From Anaerolineales bacterium (GTDB lineage: Bacteria > Chloroflexota > Anaerolineae > Anaerolineales > Villigracilaceae), in assembly GCA_016789365.1 (NCBI GenBank), contig JAEURH010000002.1:27007-91006 (forward strand): a stretch of DNA of 64,000 nt, read 5' to 3'. The position numbers were made by a program, and so were the translations under genes. Of this stretch, positions 48,430 through 58,014 are shown piece after piece. Positions within the stretch are counted from its first letter, which is position 1. Every line of letters starts with the position of its first letter. The notes beneath the pieces were generated by a model. It saw only the letters and a program-made list of their open reading frames with translations. It had not been told where the DNA came from and ran no database searches.

Positions 48430-48834
48430 ATGCCCAAAATAAAATCCATTCATCACGTTGCTGTTGTTGTTGAAGACATGGAAAAATCACTTGCTTTTTG
48501 GCGTGATGCTTTAGGAATGGAATTGCATGAATTACGCGATGTGCCTGCTGAAAAATCACAAGTTGCGTTTTTGCCATTAGATGGTGCTGAAGTTGAATTG
48601 GTGATGCCGACAACAGATGATTCTGGCATTGCAAAATATCTTGCCAAACGAGGCGCAGGGATGCATCATATTTGTTTGCAAGTAGATGATATTGTGGGTA
48701 TGTTATCTCAACTCAAACAAAAAAATATTCGGTTAATCAATGAAGAACCGCGCAAAGCGGATGATGGCAAGCAATATGCTTTTATTCATCCAGAGTCAAC
48801 AGGTGGCGTGCTAGTTGAACTGTATCAAATTTAG
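48430..48834 (+). CDS. mce: Methylmalonyl-CoA epimerase (VOC family)
   Basis: HHVAVVV, VELVMP, GMHHICLQV and FIHPESTGGVLVEL. Confidence 0.88.
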   Translation: MPKIKSIHHVAVVVEDMEKSLAFWRDALGMELHELRDVPAEKSQVAFLPLDGAEVELVMPTTDDSGIAKYLAKRGAGMHHICLQVDDIVGMLSQLKQKNIRLINEEPRKADDGKQYAFIHPESTGGVLVELYQI

Positions 48835-48836
48835 TT

Positions 48837-50276
48837 ATGATTGAATCTGTCGAAAAAATTCTTGAAAAAGAATGTGGTCTTGTCAAAGACAAACCGATTA
48901 TTGTCGGTGTGTCTGGTGGACCTGATAGTTTGTGTTTAATGGAAGTGTTACGCCAAGCGGGTTATCAAATTATCGTAGCGTATTTTGACCATAAATTAAG
49001 AACCGAGTCACAAGCAGATGGACGCATGGTAGAAAAAACTGCAACTCGCTTAATGTTACGTTGTGTGATTGATGGTGCAGATGTGCAAGCCCATGCTGAA
49101 AAAAATAAATTATCAATTGAAGAATCTGCACGAAATTTGCGTTATCGTTTTATGTTTAATCTCGCACGTAAATATAAAGCCCAAGCGGTGGCTGTTGGTC
49201 ACACAGCAGATGACCAAGTAGAAACAATTCTTATGCACTTTTTGCGTGGCAGTGGCATGAACGGTTTGAAAGGCATGTCGTATCGCTCAATGATTAAAGC
49301 TTTCGACCCTGATATTCCAGTGATTCGCCCATTGTTGGATGTATGGCGTGAAGAGACGGTTGTGTATTGTGCAGTTAATGGCTTACGCCCGCATTATGAT
49401 TCAACAAATGATTCTTTGAACTTTCAACGCAATCGTATTCGTCATCTTTTGATTCCTACGTTGGAAACTTACAACCCAAAATTTCGTGAAGCTGTTGTGC
49501 GTATGTCACAATCTTTGAAAAGTGATTATGGATTTATTGTTGAGTCTTTACAGGCGATATGGGGGGAAATCCTTGTTGAAACCCATGAAACATTTTTATC
49601 TTTTGATGTAACTCGACTTTCATCCGCTTCAAAAGGATTACAACGGAACTTGGTCAAGCATGCCATGCGGACTCTTCGCCCAAACATTGATGTCAATTTT
49701 CAATCATTAGAACGTGCTGTTCAAGTGATTAACTCAACTGATGCTTCTGCAAATATAGATTTGAAAGGCGGCTTGTGTTTGGTGCGTGAATCCAATCTCA
49801 TTTATGTATGCACATCTAACGCAGAATTGCCATTTGATATTTGGCCCCAAATGCCAAGCGATGAATCCATTTCGGTTTCTATTTCAAATCAAATTACTTT
49901 AGCAGGTGGTTGGAAGTTTAATTCTGAACATTGGCGTTTACCTGCCTTAGCCAAAGAACAAGCCGAAGGGAACGATGACCAATATCAAGTGTGGTTAGAT
50001 GCTGAAGGTTTACCTGACCAACTTGAATTAAGAGTGAGGCGAGCAGGTGACCATTTCTCTCCGTTAGGCATGGAAGGTCATACTCAAAAGATATCTGATT
50101 TTTTTGTCAATGAAAAAGTGCCGCAACGTGCGCGTGACCGTTGGCCCCTGTTATGTGCAGGCGATGAAATTATTTGGGTGCCGGGCTTTCGCCCTGCGCA
50201 TGTGCATCGTTTAACGGATGAAACGATGCATGTCATTTATTTTTCAATTACGCGCCCACAGGATAATCTTGAATAA
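48837..50276 (+). CDS. tilS: tRNA(Ile)-lysidine synthetase
   Basis: SGGPDS, ARNLRY, GHTADDQVET, RPLL, RNRIRH and a TilS C-terminal domain. Confidence 0.95.
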   Translation: MIESVEKILEKECGLVKDKPIIVGVSGGPDSLCLMEVLRQAGYQIIVAYFDHKLRTESQADGRMVEKTATRLMLRCVIDGADVQAHAEKNKLSIEESARNLRYRFMFNLARKYKAQAVAVGHTADDQVETILMHFLRGSGMNGLKGMSYRSMIKAFDPDIPVIRPLLDVWREETVVYCAVNGLRPHYDSTNDSLNFQRNRIRHLLIPTLETYNPKFREAVVRMSQSLKSDYGFIVESLQAIWGEILVETHETFLSFDVTRLSSASKGLQRNLVKHAMRTLRPNIDVNFQSLERAVQVINSTDASANIDLKGGLCLVRESNLIYVCTSNAELPFDIWPQMPSDESISVSISNQITLAGGWKFNSEHWRLPALAKEQAEGNDDQYQVWLDAEGLPDQLELRVRRAGDHFSPLGMEGHTQKISDFFVNEKVPQRARDRWPLLCAGDEIIWVPGFRPAHVHRLTDETMHVIYFSITRPQDNLE

Positions 50277-50303
50277 AACATCCCGCATCTTGCGGGATGT
50301 TTT
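50275..50303. terminator. Bidirectional intrinsic terminator between tilS and the recombinase-like gene
   Basis: AAAACATCCCGCA-TCT-TGCGGGATGTTTT. Confidence 0.8.
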
Positions 50304-51202
50304 TATTTTGTTTCACCATTGAGTTGTTTTATCTTAATCAATAACTCACGCCATTGAATTTTTGATACACCGAGTTTTTGACGGATTGCATCTGGTTCGA
50401 TACCGTTTTGATAATCGTGTAAGGCACAAGTCCAACGGCACATATCGAAAGAAAGGTGTTTGCTCAAGCCTGCTTCTTCACCAATATCTTCAAGTAAATA
50501 TTCTAATCTGCGTGGCGACCATGCAAAGACTTGGTCAACAGGTTGGTATTGGGCAAGATATTCTTTGTAGGCGGCAACCCAATCTTCTTCTAATTCTATT
50601 TTTCGTTCTTTGTAACGGTTGGCTGGGCTAGCATAACGGACAAATAAGGTTGGTCCGTTTTTTGCATCAAGGTCAATGTGATTAAGGTGAATGCCTAAGC
50701 ATTCGCTTTTCTTGATACCTGTTGTTAGTAAAAGATAAACTAAAGTATAAGGGCGAGCATCGGCTTTTTTATCTCGGCGATGACGGTCTGCTGAAAGTAA
50801 AACGGCATCATATTCATCATTCGTCAACACTTGTGGAAGTGGACTAATTGCTGAGCGTTGCAAAACTTTTTCAGCAGGGTCAACTGAAATAGCACCATAT
50901 TGATGCAACCAACGAAAAAAAGATTTTACAGCAGTGATACGGCGTGATAATGTTTTGGGGCTACAAGGAATGCCACGCTTCTTTTCCATCCACTCGAAAA
51001 ATTTATTTAATTCTTCGGTGGTGGTGCTTCCGATATTTTTATCAGGTGCTACATATTGTGTTAATAAATTAACATCCGATAAAAATGCTTTGACTGTGTT
51101 TGGCGAACGACCTTGGTCAAGCATGAACATTTCCCAACCATTAATAGCGGTGGGGAGTAGCGTTTTTGAATTGATATTGGCTGGAGTAGAAGTTTTTGCC
51201 AT
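50303..51202 (-). CDS. XerC/XerD-like tyrosine recombinase fold with a degenerate catalytic site
   Basis: N-terminal SAM-like domain (SPNTVKAFLSD, SPKTLSRRITAVKSFF.WL); box I TGIKKSE; box II SFDMCRW...LGVS with no downstream Tyr. Confidence 0.85.
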   Translation of the reverse strand: MAKTSTPANINSKTLLPTAINGWEMFMLDQGRSPNTVKAFLSDVNLLTQYVAPDKNIGSTTTEELNKFFEWMEKKRGIPCSPKTLSRRITAVKSFFRWLHQYGAISVDPAEKVLQRSAISPLPQVLTNDEYDAVLLSADRHRRDKKADARPYTLVYLLLTTGIKKSECLGIHLNHIDLDAKNGPTLFVRYASPANRYKERKIELEEDWVAAYKEYLAQYQPVDQVFAWSPRRLEYLLEDIGEEAGLSKHLSFDMCRWTCALHDYQNGIEPDAIRQKLGVSKIQWRELLIKIKQLNGETK

Positions 51203-51243
51203 TGCGTATAGTTTAGCGAGTTTTGAAGGAGTTGTCAACTGGG

Positions 51244-52746
51244 TTAATGCGTCAACTCTTCTGGTTTGAAGCACGGCTGATATTCTGAACCTAAAATCAC
51301 ACGATATTGCACAGTGCTGTTTGGGTCTGGTAATGAAATTACATTGGCTGAATAAATACCAAGCACATTGATAATGGTTTGGCGTTGTGATGGGTCTTGA
51401 TTGGCAGTGAAATCTACCAGCACCGAATTGGCATAGTTTCGATTATCAGCGGCGGATGTAGAGGTTTGGTAACCCGCGTAATTAAGTCGTGAAGCGGCGA
51501 GGGATTCTAGAGTATCGAGGTACGAACCATTTTGCACATCTACTGTAATCGTTTCGCGGACTGCCGCATACGTGGATAAAGTTGTCGCTTCGGTTAACAT
51601 TTGCCGAAGTTGTTCTTCCTGCGGAAGCAGAACACTTGCACCGCCAGGCGTCGTCCAACCTTGTACATACGGCGGACGAATGTAATAACTGCGAATATTT
51701 GCGTTCGTAAAGTTCACTGCATAAGGCGCTAGGCGTAGTAAATCATTTAATCCAACATCAGTAATGACTGTACTAGCAAAGTCATTATACAGTTGCGGAA
51801 TTTTGCTAAATGTATCGGTTTGTAATGCTTTCTGAAACAATGTCCGTAACACTTCTTGTTGACGGCGACCTCTATCAAAATCGCTAGACCTCATGCGAGA
51901 GCGTGCATACCATAAGGCTAAATCACCATCCATATATACTTCACCAGGTCCAACTGTATATAACCACCAATTGTTTTCATTGTTTGGGTCGTAAGAAGGG
52001 TGTTTCAAACGCCAATCCGTGTAGGGGCATGCTACTGGAACTTCAATACCGCCAAGTGTGTCCACAATTTTTCGAAAGCCATCAAACTCAACCATAGCCA
52101 CATGGTCAATGCGGATGCCGAGACTTTGTAAAATAGTATCTTTGAGTAAGCCGTTTCCGCCACCGGGGTAACCACCCGATTCGCCACTTTGAAAAGCCGT
52201 GTTGATTCTTTGCATTCCAACCGTTGGAATATAAATCCATAAATCACGCGGAATGGAAATTAAAGAAAGTTGCCCTTCTTTGTACCAAACAATTGCAATT
52301 AACATCGTATCTGTGCGATGAGATGTTCCTGTGGGTCTTCTATCTGAACCAATTAATAAGAAGTTGATTGTTTCATTATTTGTCAGCGGGGGTAGAGAGG
52401 CAAGGTCAAGCGTGGGTTGCTGTGCAGGTGGCGCCGCTTGCGTTGGGAAAAGTTGGTCGGCTGAAATAGTGGCAGTAGGAGTCGTTTGAGGCGTAGGAGA
52501 GGCTGAGGGTGTTTGACTCGGTAGAATTAATGGCGAAGCGGTGTTTAGGTCAAATGAAAAAAGCGAAGGCTGAGTCGGAGTCGCAAGCGATGGTTGAAAT
52601 GGAGTGGGCGTGGGACTAGCATTTGGTGCAGATGTGATTAAGATGAATGGTGCAAAAGATTGTTGGGGAGTTGCAGGTGCGCTTGCGCCACAGGCAGATA
52701 GTAAAAATAAAATAACGATACAGACAGAAAAATATTTTAATTTCAT
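51244..52746 (-). CDS. LCP (LytR-CpsA-Psr) family lipoprotein with a LytR_C-like C-terminal domain
   Basis: LIGSD, RTDTM, SIPRDL, RINTA, ALWYARSR, DFDRGRRQQ and V.VQNGS; lipobox LLSAC. Confidence 0.92.
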   Translation of the reverse strand: MKLKYFSVCIVILFLLSACGASAPATPQQSFAPFILITSAPNASPTPTPFQPSLATPTQPSLFSFDLNTASPLILPSQTPSASPTPQTTPTATISADQLFPTQAAPPAQQPTLDLASLPPLTNNETINFLLIGSDRRPTGTSHRTDTMLIAIVWYKEGQLSLISIPRDLWIYIPTVGMQRINTAFQSGESGGYPGGGNGLLKDTILQSLGIRIDHVAMVEFDGFRKIVDTLGGIEVPVACPYTDWRLKHPSYDPNNENNWWLYTVGPGEVYMDGDLALWYARSRMRSSDFDRGRRQQEVLRTLFQKALQTDTFSKIPQLYNDFASTVITDVGLNDLLRLAPYAVNFTNANIRSYYIRPPYVQGWTTPGGASVLLPQEEQLRQMLTEATTLSTYAAVRETITVDVQNGSYLDTLESLAASRLNYAGYQTSTSAADNRNYANSVLVDFTANQDPSQRQTIINVLGIYSANVISLPDPNSTVQYRVILGSEYQPCFKPEELTH

Positions 52747-52768
52747 TTGTGGAATGTAAGCACGAATG

Positions 52769-53569
52769 TTATGGTGTTCCAAATGGTGTAGGGCTGGCAG
52801 TTAAGGTCGGCATGGCTGTTGGGGTAGAAATGGCTGTAGATGTATTCGGGATAGGTGTGTTGCTTGGTTGCACAGTGCTTGTAAAAGGCAATGCGGTTTG
52901 AGTTAATGGGTCAGTTGGGTAAGGCGATGCAGTTACGCCCGGCATTGGCGTTGGGTATGGTGTGCGGGTGGCAATATTTGGCACCCATAATACTTCACCA
53001 GCAACAATGAAATCGGTATTTTTACAATTTACTGTTCTCAATAATGTCACAGTTGTATAGTGATTGGTTGCAATCGAATACATCGTATCGCCGCGAATGA
53101 CAACATAACTTTTTACCCAACCGACTGCACCTGCTGAGCATACAGCCGCTGTACTTGTTGGCGCGGGTGGCACAAAAAACAATGTGCCTGGAATTAAGTT
53201 ATCACTCACTAAACAATTACTACTTCGTAAGATGTTTTTATCTATTCGATAGCGTTGTGCCAAACTATCTAATGTATCGTTTGCTTGAATTGTGTATGCA
53301 ATCCAGCCTGCTGGTTGTGGGCATGAAACTGATGCGGGCAATGTGTTCGTTACAGTAAAAGTAACAGTTGCTAAATTAGAGTCTTGAGTTGAGGTAGGAG
53401 GTAAAGTTGCAGTTGCAGTAACAGGAACTGGTGATGCAGGCAAAGCAAAAGTTGGTGATGGTGTTGCTTCAGGAATAAATTCAACCAATGAAATAGATAA
53501 CGCCCCAAACATTAATCCAATGGAAGCAAGCGCGACGATGAGCGCAGTTCCCAACTCACGCCAGCGCAT
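52769..53569 (-). CDS. Membrane-anchored protein with two LysM domains
   Basis: YTIQANDTLDSLAQRY...N and YVVIRGDTMYSIA...N, with Thr/Pro linkers. Confidence 0.9.
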   Translation of the reverse strand: MRWRELGTALIVALASIGLMFGALSISLVEFIPEATPSPTFALPASPVPVTATATLPPTSTQDSNLATVTFTVTNTLPASVSCPQPAGWIAYTIQANDTLDSLAQRYRIDKNILRSSNCLVSDNLIPGTLFFVPPAPTSTAAVCSAGAVGWVKSYVVIRGDTMYSIATNHYTTVTLLRTVNCKNTDFIVAGEVLWVPNIATRTPYPTPMPGVTASPYPTDPLTQTALPFTSTVQPSNTPIPNTSTAISTPTAMPTLTASPTPFGTP

Positions 53570-55920
53570 TATTTTTTACCTTTTTTATTTTGGGTTTCTA
53601 ATACGGTATCGCCAGCCACAGGCAACAACACACTAAACGTTGCCCCAACGCTAGGTTCGCTTTCTACCCAAATTCTTCCATGTTGGGCTTCGGTTAAAGT
53701 TTTTGCAATAGATAAACCCACACCTGTATCGCCCACGCCTTGAATCAAAACATTATCAGCGCGATACAAACGGGTAAAGACACGCGGCAAATCTTCTGAT
53801 GCGATTCCGCCGCCACTGTCGGTTACTTGAATGAGGATAAATTCTGCACCGTCTTCGCTTCGTGTTTGGACCTTCAACCTGATATTGCCCTCAAACGGAG
53901 TTGCCGCACCAGCATTTTGCAACAGATGAATCAAAATTTGTTGAACGGCTTCGCGGTCGCCATGCGTGGGCGCGAGATTCTTTGGCACATCCAAATGAAT
54001 GGTGATGTTTTTCTCACGGAATTGTGTGCTGGTATATGACATGGCATTGTCAATAATTGCATTCAAATCTACAGGCTCAGGCTTGAGTTCATTTAATTCA
54101 GTTGCTAACGTATTGAAGCGAATCATATCGTCTGTCAAACTGCGGATGCGTTCTGTGGATGCCTTGATTCTTTCAACAAATTTTCTTTGTAACGCGCCTA
54201 AAATCCCAACCGATTCACCAAGTAATAAATCTGTATAACCTACAATAGAAGATAATGGTTGGCGTAATTCTTGAGAAATAGACGCAATCACTTCGGCTTG
54301 CTCGGTGTTTTTTGTAACAACTTGATTTTTTTCTGCTTTCTCCATTTCAAGGATTTTCATATTGGCTTCGGCAATCTGATTTTGTAAATGAGCCAATTCT
54401 TGCAGAGTGGCTTTCAAGTCACTTTCTAATTGAATAGAAGATTCTGGCAGATTTTTCCCTGCTCTCAATTCTGCGTTTTCGGTTTGTAATTGCTCAATAA
54501 TGTGTTGCGATTCATCTTGCGCCGCCATCAATGAGTTTACATCGGTTGAGCTATTTTTTGTCGCTTCAGCACGCGCTTCTTCTAGTTGTTGTTTCAACTC
54601 GGTGATGCGTCGCTCCATATCAGTGGCTTGGGCTTTTGCCATGCTGTTTTGTGCTTCAAGCGTGTTGATACGTTGATTGCGTTGAATAATCGGCACAAGC
54701 GATGCGGCAATATTAGCCAAAAAGGCTTGGTCTTCGGCACTCCATGTTCTATCCGAATAGGGTGACAGCAATAAAATGCCACCCAATGATTCTTTTTCTG
54801 GCGTTAGTATTGGAATACATAATAAGTGACCAGGATTATTCAAACCAAGAATATCTCCTAAACCACGAATATCGGCAGAAGTACTGCTGGCAGGCAAACG
54901 TAAAGGTTTGCCACGTTGAATGGTGTTGGCAAGCATTGGGATTGAAGATTTATTTAATGAGCCACCTTCTAAACTATCTTCACGGATTAAGTCGTAGCCA
55001 CCTGCAATCACCATTTGTTTATTGCTATCGGTGAGATAAATCATAAAACACAAATCAGCCAGCATGGTTTGGGCAATGGCTCGCGTAATGGCTTGGCTCA
55101 TTTTGGTTGGGTTGGTTTCAGCCGCTACTGCTAACAAGGCATGGAAAGTTTTTGGGTCAGTGCTGTAACGGCGGCGTTCGGGTCGCCCTGTTGTATCAGC
55201 TTTCAGGGTAGTAGGCTTTGGCGGTGCAGAACCAATTGTCCCCGTAGGAATTGGGAAGCGTTGTGGCAATGTCAAAAGAATGGGAAATGCCGCCATGTAG
55301 GCTAATCTCACAATGCCAGAATAATTTCCATCTATTCTTGTAAATAAATGAGCAAGATGACCAAAGAAACCGAGCGTTAATAAAATAATTCCATACCACA
55401 TGCCATCGGGCGTGCGAAGGAATAAAATTACAATGCAAAACAAGGCTAGTATGAGCGAACCAACTTGCCAAAGAAAATCGTCAACAGTTTGGTTGTAACT
55501 CAGGCTGGCTACTTGTGGTTGCCAAGTTAGTAGACTGATACCAAGTGCTGTAAGTACAAATAAACTTAATATGGTTGCAATGGCATCGGCAATGCGGTTG
55601 GGTTCGGGGTAAGCATATAACCATGTGACCCAGATAATGCAAAACATAATGAAAGCACGGTCCATCGGTGGTAGAACGGTTTTTGGGTCTACGATGCTTT
55701 GCCATCCTAACCCGCTGAACAAAAACATTAACATTTGCGCGCCTAATAAAATACCTAGCCCCACAAAAGCCCGCCGCGCTTGCGGAAATTCACTTGCTCG
55801 CCAGTGATTAAATGCAGACTGAAACGCGCTGGCTACCACAAACACCAGCACAATAAAGTAAATTAAATCGCCAGGTGGCACAGTGAGTTGTGTTAGAACT
55901 AAACTAGTGAAAGCGTTCAT
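53569..55920 (-). CDS. Membrane GAF/coiled-coil histidine-kinase-like protein lacking the phosphoacceptor His
   Basis: About 7 TM, GAF, coiled coil, H-box ISQELRQPL and HATPase motifs HLLQNA, DSGGGI and GVGLSI. Confidence 0.88.
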   Translation of the reverse strand: MNAFTSLVLTQLTVPPGDLIYFIVLVFVVASAFQSAFNHWRASEFPQARRAFVGLGILLGAQMLMFLFSGLGWQSIVDPKTVLPPMDRAFIMFCIIWVTWLYAYPEPNRIADAIATILSLFVLTALGISLLTWQPQVASLSYNQTVDDFLWQVGSLILALFCIVILFLRTPDGMWYGIILLTLGFFGHLAHLFTRIDGNYSGIVRLAYMAAFPILLTLPQRFPIPTGTIGSAPPKPTTLKADTTGRPERRRYSTDPKTFHALLAVAAETNPTKMSQAITRAIAQTMLADLCFMIYLTDSNKQMVIAGGYDLIREDSLEGGSLNKSSIPMLANTIQRGKPLRLPASSTSADIRGLGDILGLNNPGHLLCIPILTPEKESLGGILLLSPYSDRTWSAEDQAFLANIAASLVPIIQRNQRINTLEAQNSMAKAQATDMERRITELKQQLEEARAEATKNSSTDVNSLMAAQDESQHIIEQLQTENAELRAGKNLPESSIQLESDLKATLQELAHLQNQIAEANMKILEMEKAEKNQVVTKNTEQAEVIASISQELRQPLSSIVGYTDLLLGESVGILGALQRKFVERIKASTERIRSLTDDMIRFNTLATELNELKPEPVDLNAIIDNAMSYTSTQFREKNITIHLDVPKNLAPTHGDREAVQQILIHLLQNAGAATPFEGNIRLKVQTRSEDGAEFILIQVTDSGGGIASEDLPRVFTRLYRADNVLIQGVGDTGVGLSIAKTLTEAQHGRIWVESEPSVGATFSVLLPVAGDTVLETQNKKGKK

Positions 55921-55967
55921 CAGGCGTGATTATACTGCTACTTCAATTATCGCGTAGAATTGTTATC

Positions 55968-57362
55968 ATGTCTCAACGGAAAAAAACAGCAGGCTTCATT
56001 GCAATTCTTTTACTCTTAGCCTTTATAACCCCAATCTTCATTAGTGGATATATTAATGTAAAAAATGCTGAAAGCGCAAATCACGAAAGAGAGTACAAAA
56101 CTGCATCCGAGTTTTATGCCCAAGCCGCCAAAATATTTTTCTGGCAAAATGATTTATGGGAACAGGCGGGTATTGCTTCGGCACAGGCTGGTGATTACGC
56201 TAAAGCCATTTTTTATTTTCAAGAAGTAAATCAACTTTCAGAACAAGGTTGGGTTTGGCTTGGTACTTCATACTTTCAAACGGGTAATACAGAAAAAGCC
56301 ATTTCAACTTTTGAAATGGGTGCACAAGAATTTCAGTCGGCAACGTTGTATCGGTTATTGGCTTCAGCATATCGAACTCAAAAAAAATGGGAAGCAGAAA
56401 AAAACGCATTACAAAATCAAATTCAATTGGATACTCAAGATGCCTACGCACATTATCGGCTGGGTATTTTGTTGATGATATTTTCTCCAAATGAAGCCTT
56501 TGATAAACTGAATCGCGCCTCGACTCTTAACGTGGAAGTTGATTCTGCGACTGAGACCTTGGTCACTGCTTTGAGCATTGCTGATGTTCAAAATAATCAA
56601 TCGGATAAATATGTGACGATTGGCAGAGCATTGGGCTTGGTGCAAGAATGGGATTTGGCTTTGTTTGCATTTGAGAAAGCGCTTGAGTCTAACAATCAAA
56701 ATGCCGAAGCGTGGGCATGGCTGGGAGAAGCGAAACAGCAACTCGGTCAAGATGGAAGCGTGGAATTAGATAAAGCCTTGTCGTTGAATCTTAAATCTGC
56801 AACGGTGCGTGGTTTGCGGGCATTATATTGGGGTCGTCAATCAAACTATGCGCGGGCATTAATAGAGTACTCATTAGCCAATCAAATAGAGCCGACCAAC
56901 CCTGCATGGTTAGCAGGCATGGGTGAAGCCCACGCCAAACTTGGCGATTTGATTGCCGCCTTAGAAGCCTATCAACAAGCTATTAGCCTTACGCCTGATG
57001 ACCCAATCTATTGGCGTTTGCTCGCCATGTTTTGTGCCGACAACAATTTTTATATTGAAGAAATTGGCTTGCCTGCCGCTGAACAAGCCGTGAGTTTATC
57101 TCAGAACGATGCCGCAAATTTAGATGCACTTGGTTATGTTTATTTTTTATCAGGGCGTTATAGCAATGCTGAATTAACTTTATTAAAGGCGATTGAAATT
57201 TCACCGCAATATTTTCCCGCTCATTTGCATTTAGCACTAACTTATTTAACGCAAGGGAACCGACCTGCGGCGTATAACTCTTTAACATACGTCCGCGATG
57301 CAGATGTTTCTGGGATATATCGCCCGTTTGCTCAGCAGTTACTAGATCAATATTTTCCGTAG
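55968..57362 (+). CDS. Membrane-anchored TPR-repeat protein
   Basis: N-terminal TM and many TPR motifs (AWAWLGEA, LDALGYVY); start moved to the ATG at 55968. Confidence 0.88.
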   Translation: MSQRKKTAGFIAILLLLAFITPIFISGYINVKNAESANHEREYKTASEFYAQAAKIFFWQNDLWEQAGIASAQAGDYAKAIFYFQEVNQLSEQGWVWLGTSYFQTGNTEKAISTFEMGAQEFQSATLYRLLASAYRTQKKWEAEKNALQNQIQLDTQDAYAHYRLGILLMIFSPNEAFDKLNRASTLNVEVDSATETLVTALSIADVQNNQSDKYVTIGRALGLVQEWDLALFAFEKALESNNQNAEAWAWLGEAKQQLGQDGSVELDKALSLNLKSATVRGLRALYWGRQSNYARALIEYSLANQIEPTNPAWLAGMGEAHAKLGDLIAALEAYQQAISLTPDDPIYWRLLAMFCADNNFYIEEIGLPAAEQAVSLSQNDAANLDALGYVYFLSGRYSNAELTLLKAIEISPQYFPAHLHLALTYLTQGNRPAAYNSLTYVRDADVSGIYRPFAQQLLDQYFP

Positions 57363-57420
57363 TTTAATAATCTATATTAGAATAAGCCGTTAGTAAATTT
57401 ATGATTTTGGAGTTTGTAAT

Positions 57421-58008
57421 ATGAAACGTAACCTTCCGATGATTTTGATTGTGACGGCAGTGAGTTTAATTTTGGTGCTGTCTTTGATATTTGGGTCTGC
57501 TGGTTTTACACAAAGTACGCCCACCTCTACGCCATTGCCAGATTTGCCCACTTTTACCCCTTTACCTACCTTTACCCCAGATGTTTGCTCGCCTGAAAAC
57601 ATTCCAGCCGAAGTCAATCGTTTACATGCTTTAACGCGCGAATTTGATGATACTTTTGGTTTGGCGCAAACCTTGCGAATTGAAAATACTGTTTCGCTTG
57701 TACAAGAAATGCAACGCATCAACCGCCTGGCAGAAGACCAAACCGTGCCTGCTTGTTTAACAAGATTGAAACAACATCAACTTTCATATATGAACGCAGG
57801 TATAGAATTATTTACAACTGTTCTTTCAATTACTTCTGCCAACCCAAACCTTGACCAAAACACTTTGAACTCTGTTACCGGTCCTCTATTTGAGCAAGTT
57901 CTCGGCTTTGCAAAATTGTATTTAGATGAACAAGCAAAACTGATGGGTTGGACTCCAATTCCTATCCCAACTCTTGAAGGCGGCGCAACGGCAACCGCAA
58001 CACCATAA
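57421..58008 (+). CDS. Hypothetical secreted helical protein with a Thr/Pro linker
   Basis: Signal/TM segment, TPTSTPLP linker and two Cys. Confidence 0.75.
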   Translation: MKRNLPMILIVTAVSLILVLSLIFGSAGFTQSTPTSTPLPDLPTFTPLPTFTPDVCSPENIPAEVNRLHALTREFDDTFGLAQTLRIENTVSLVQEMQRINRLAEDQTVPACLTRLKQHQLSYMNAGIELFTTVLSITSANPNLDQNTLNSVTGPLFEQVLGFAKLYLDEQAKLMGWTPIPIPTLEGGATATATP

Positions 58009-58014
58009 ATTGTT

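Noticed and set aside
50303-51202. Integrase of a prophage, ICE or integron
   Set aside because: Catalytic residues are missing, the flanks are housekeeping or envelope genes, and no att sites, tRNA or phage genes are seen.
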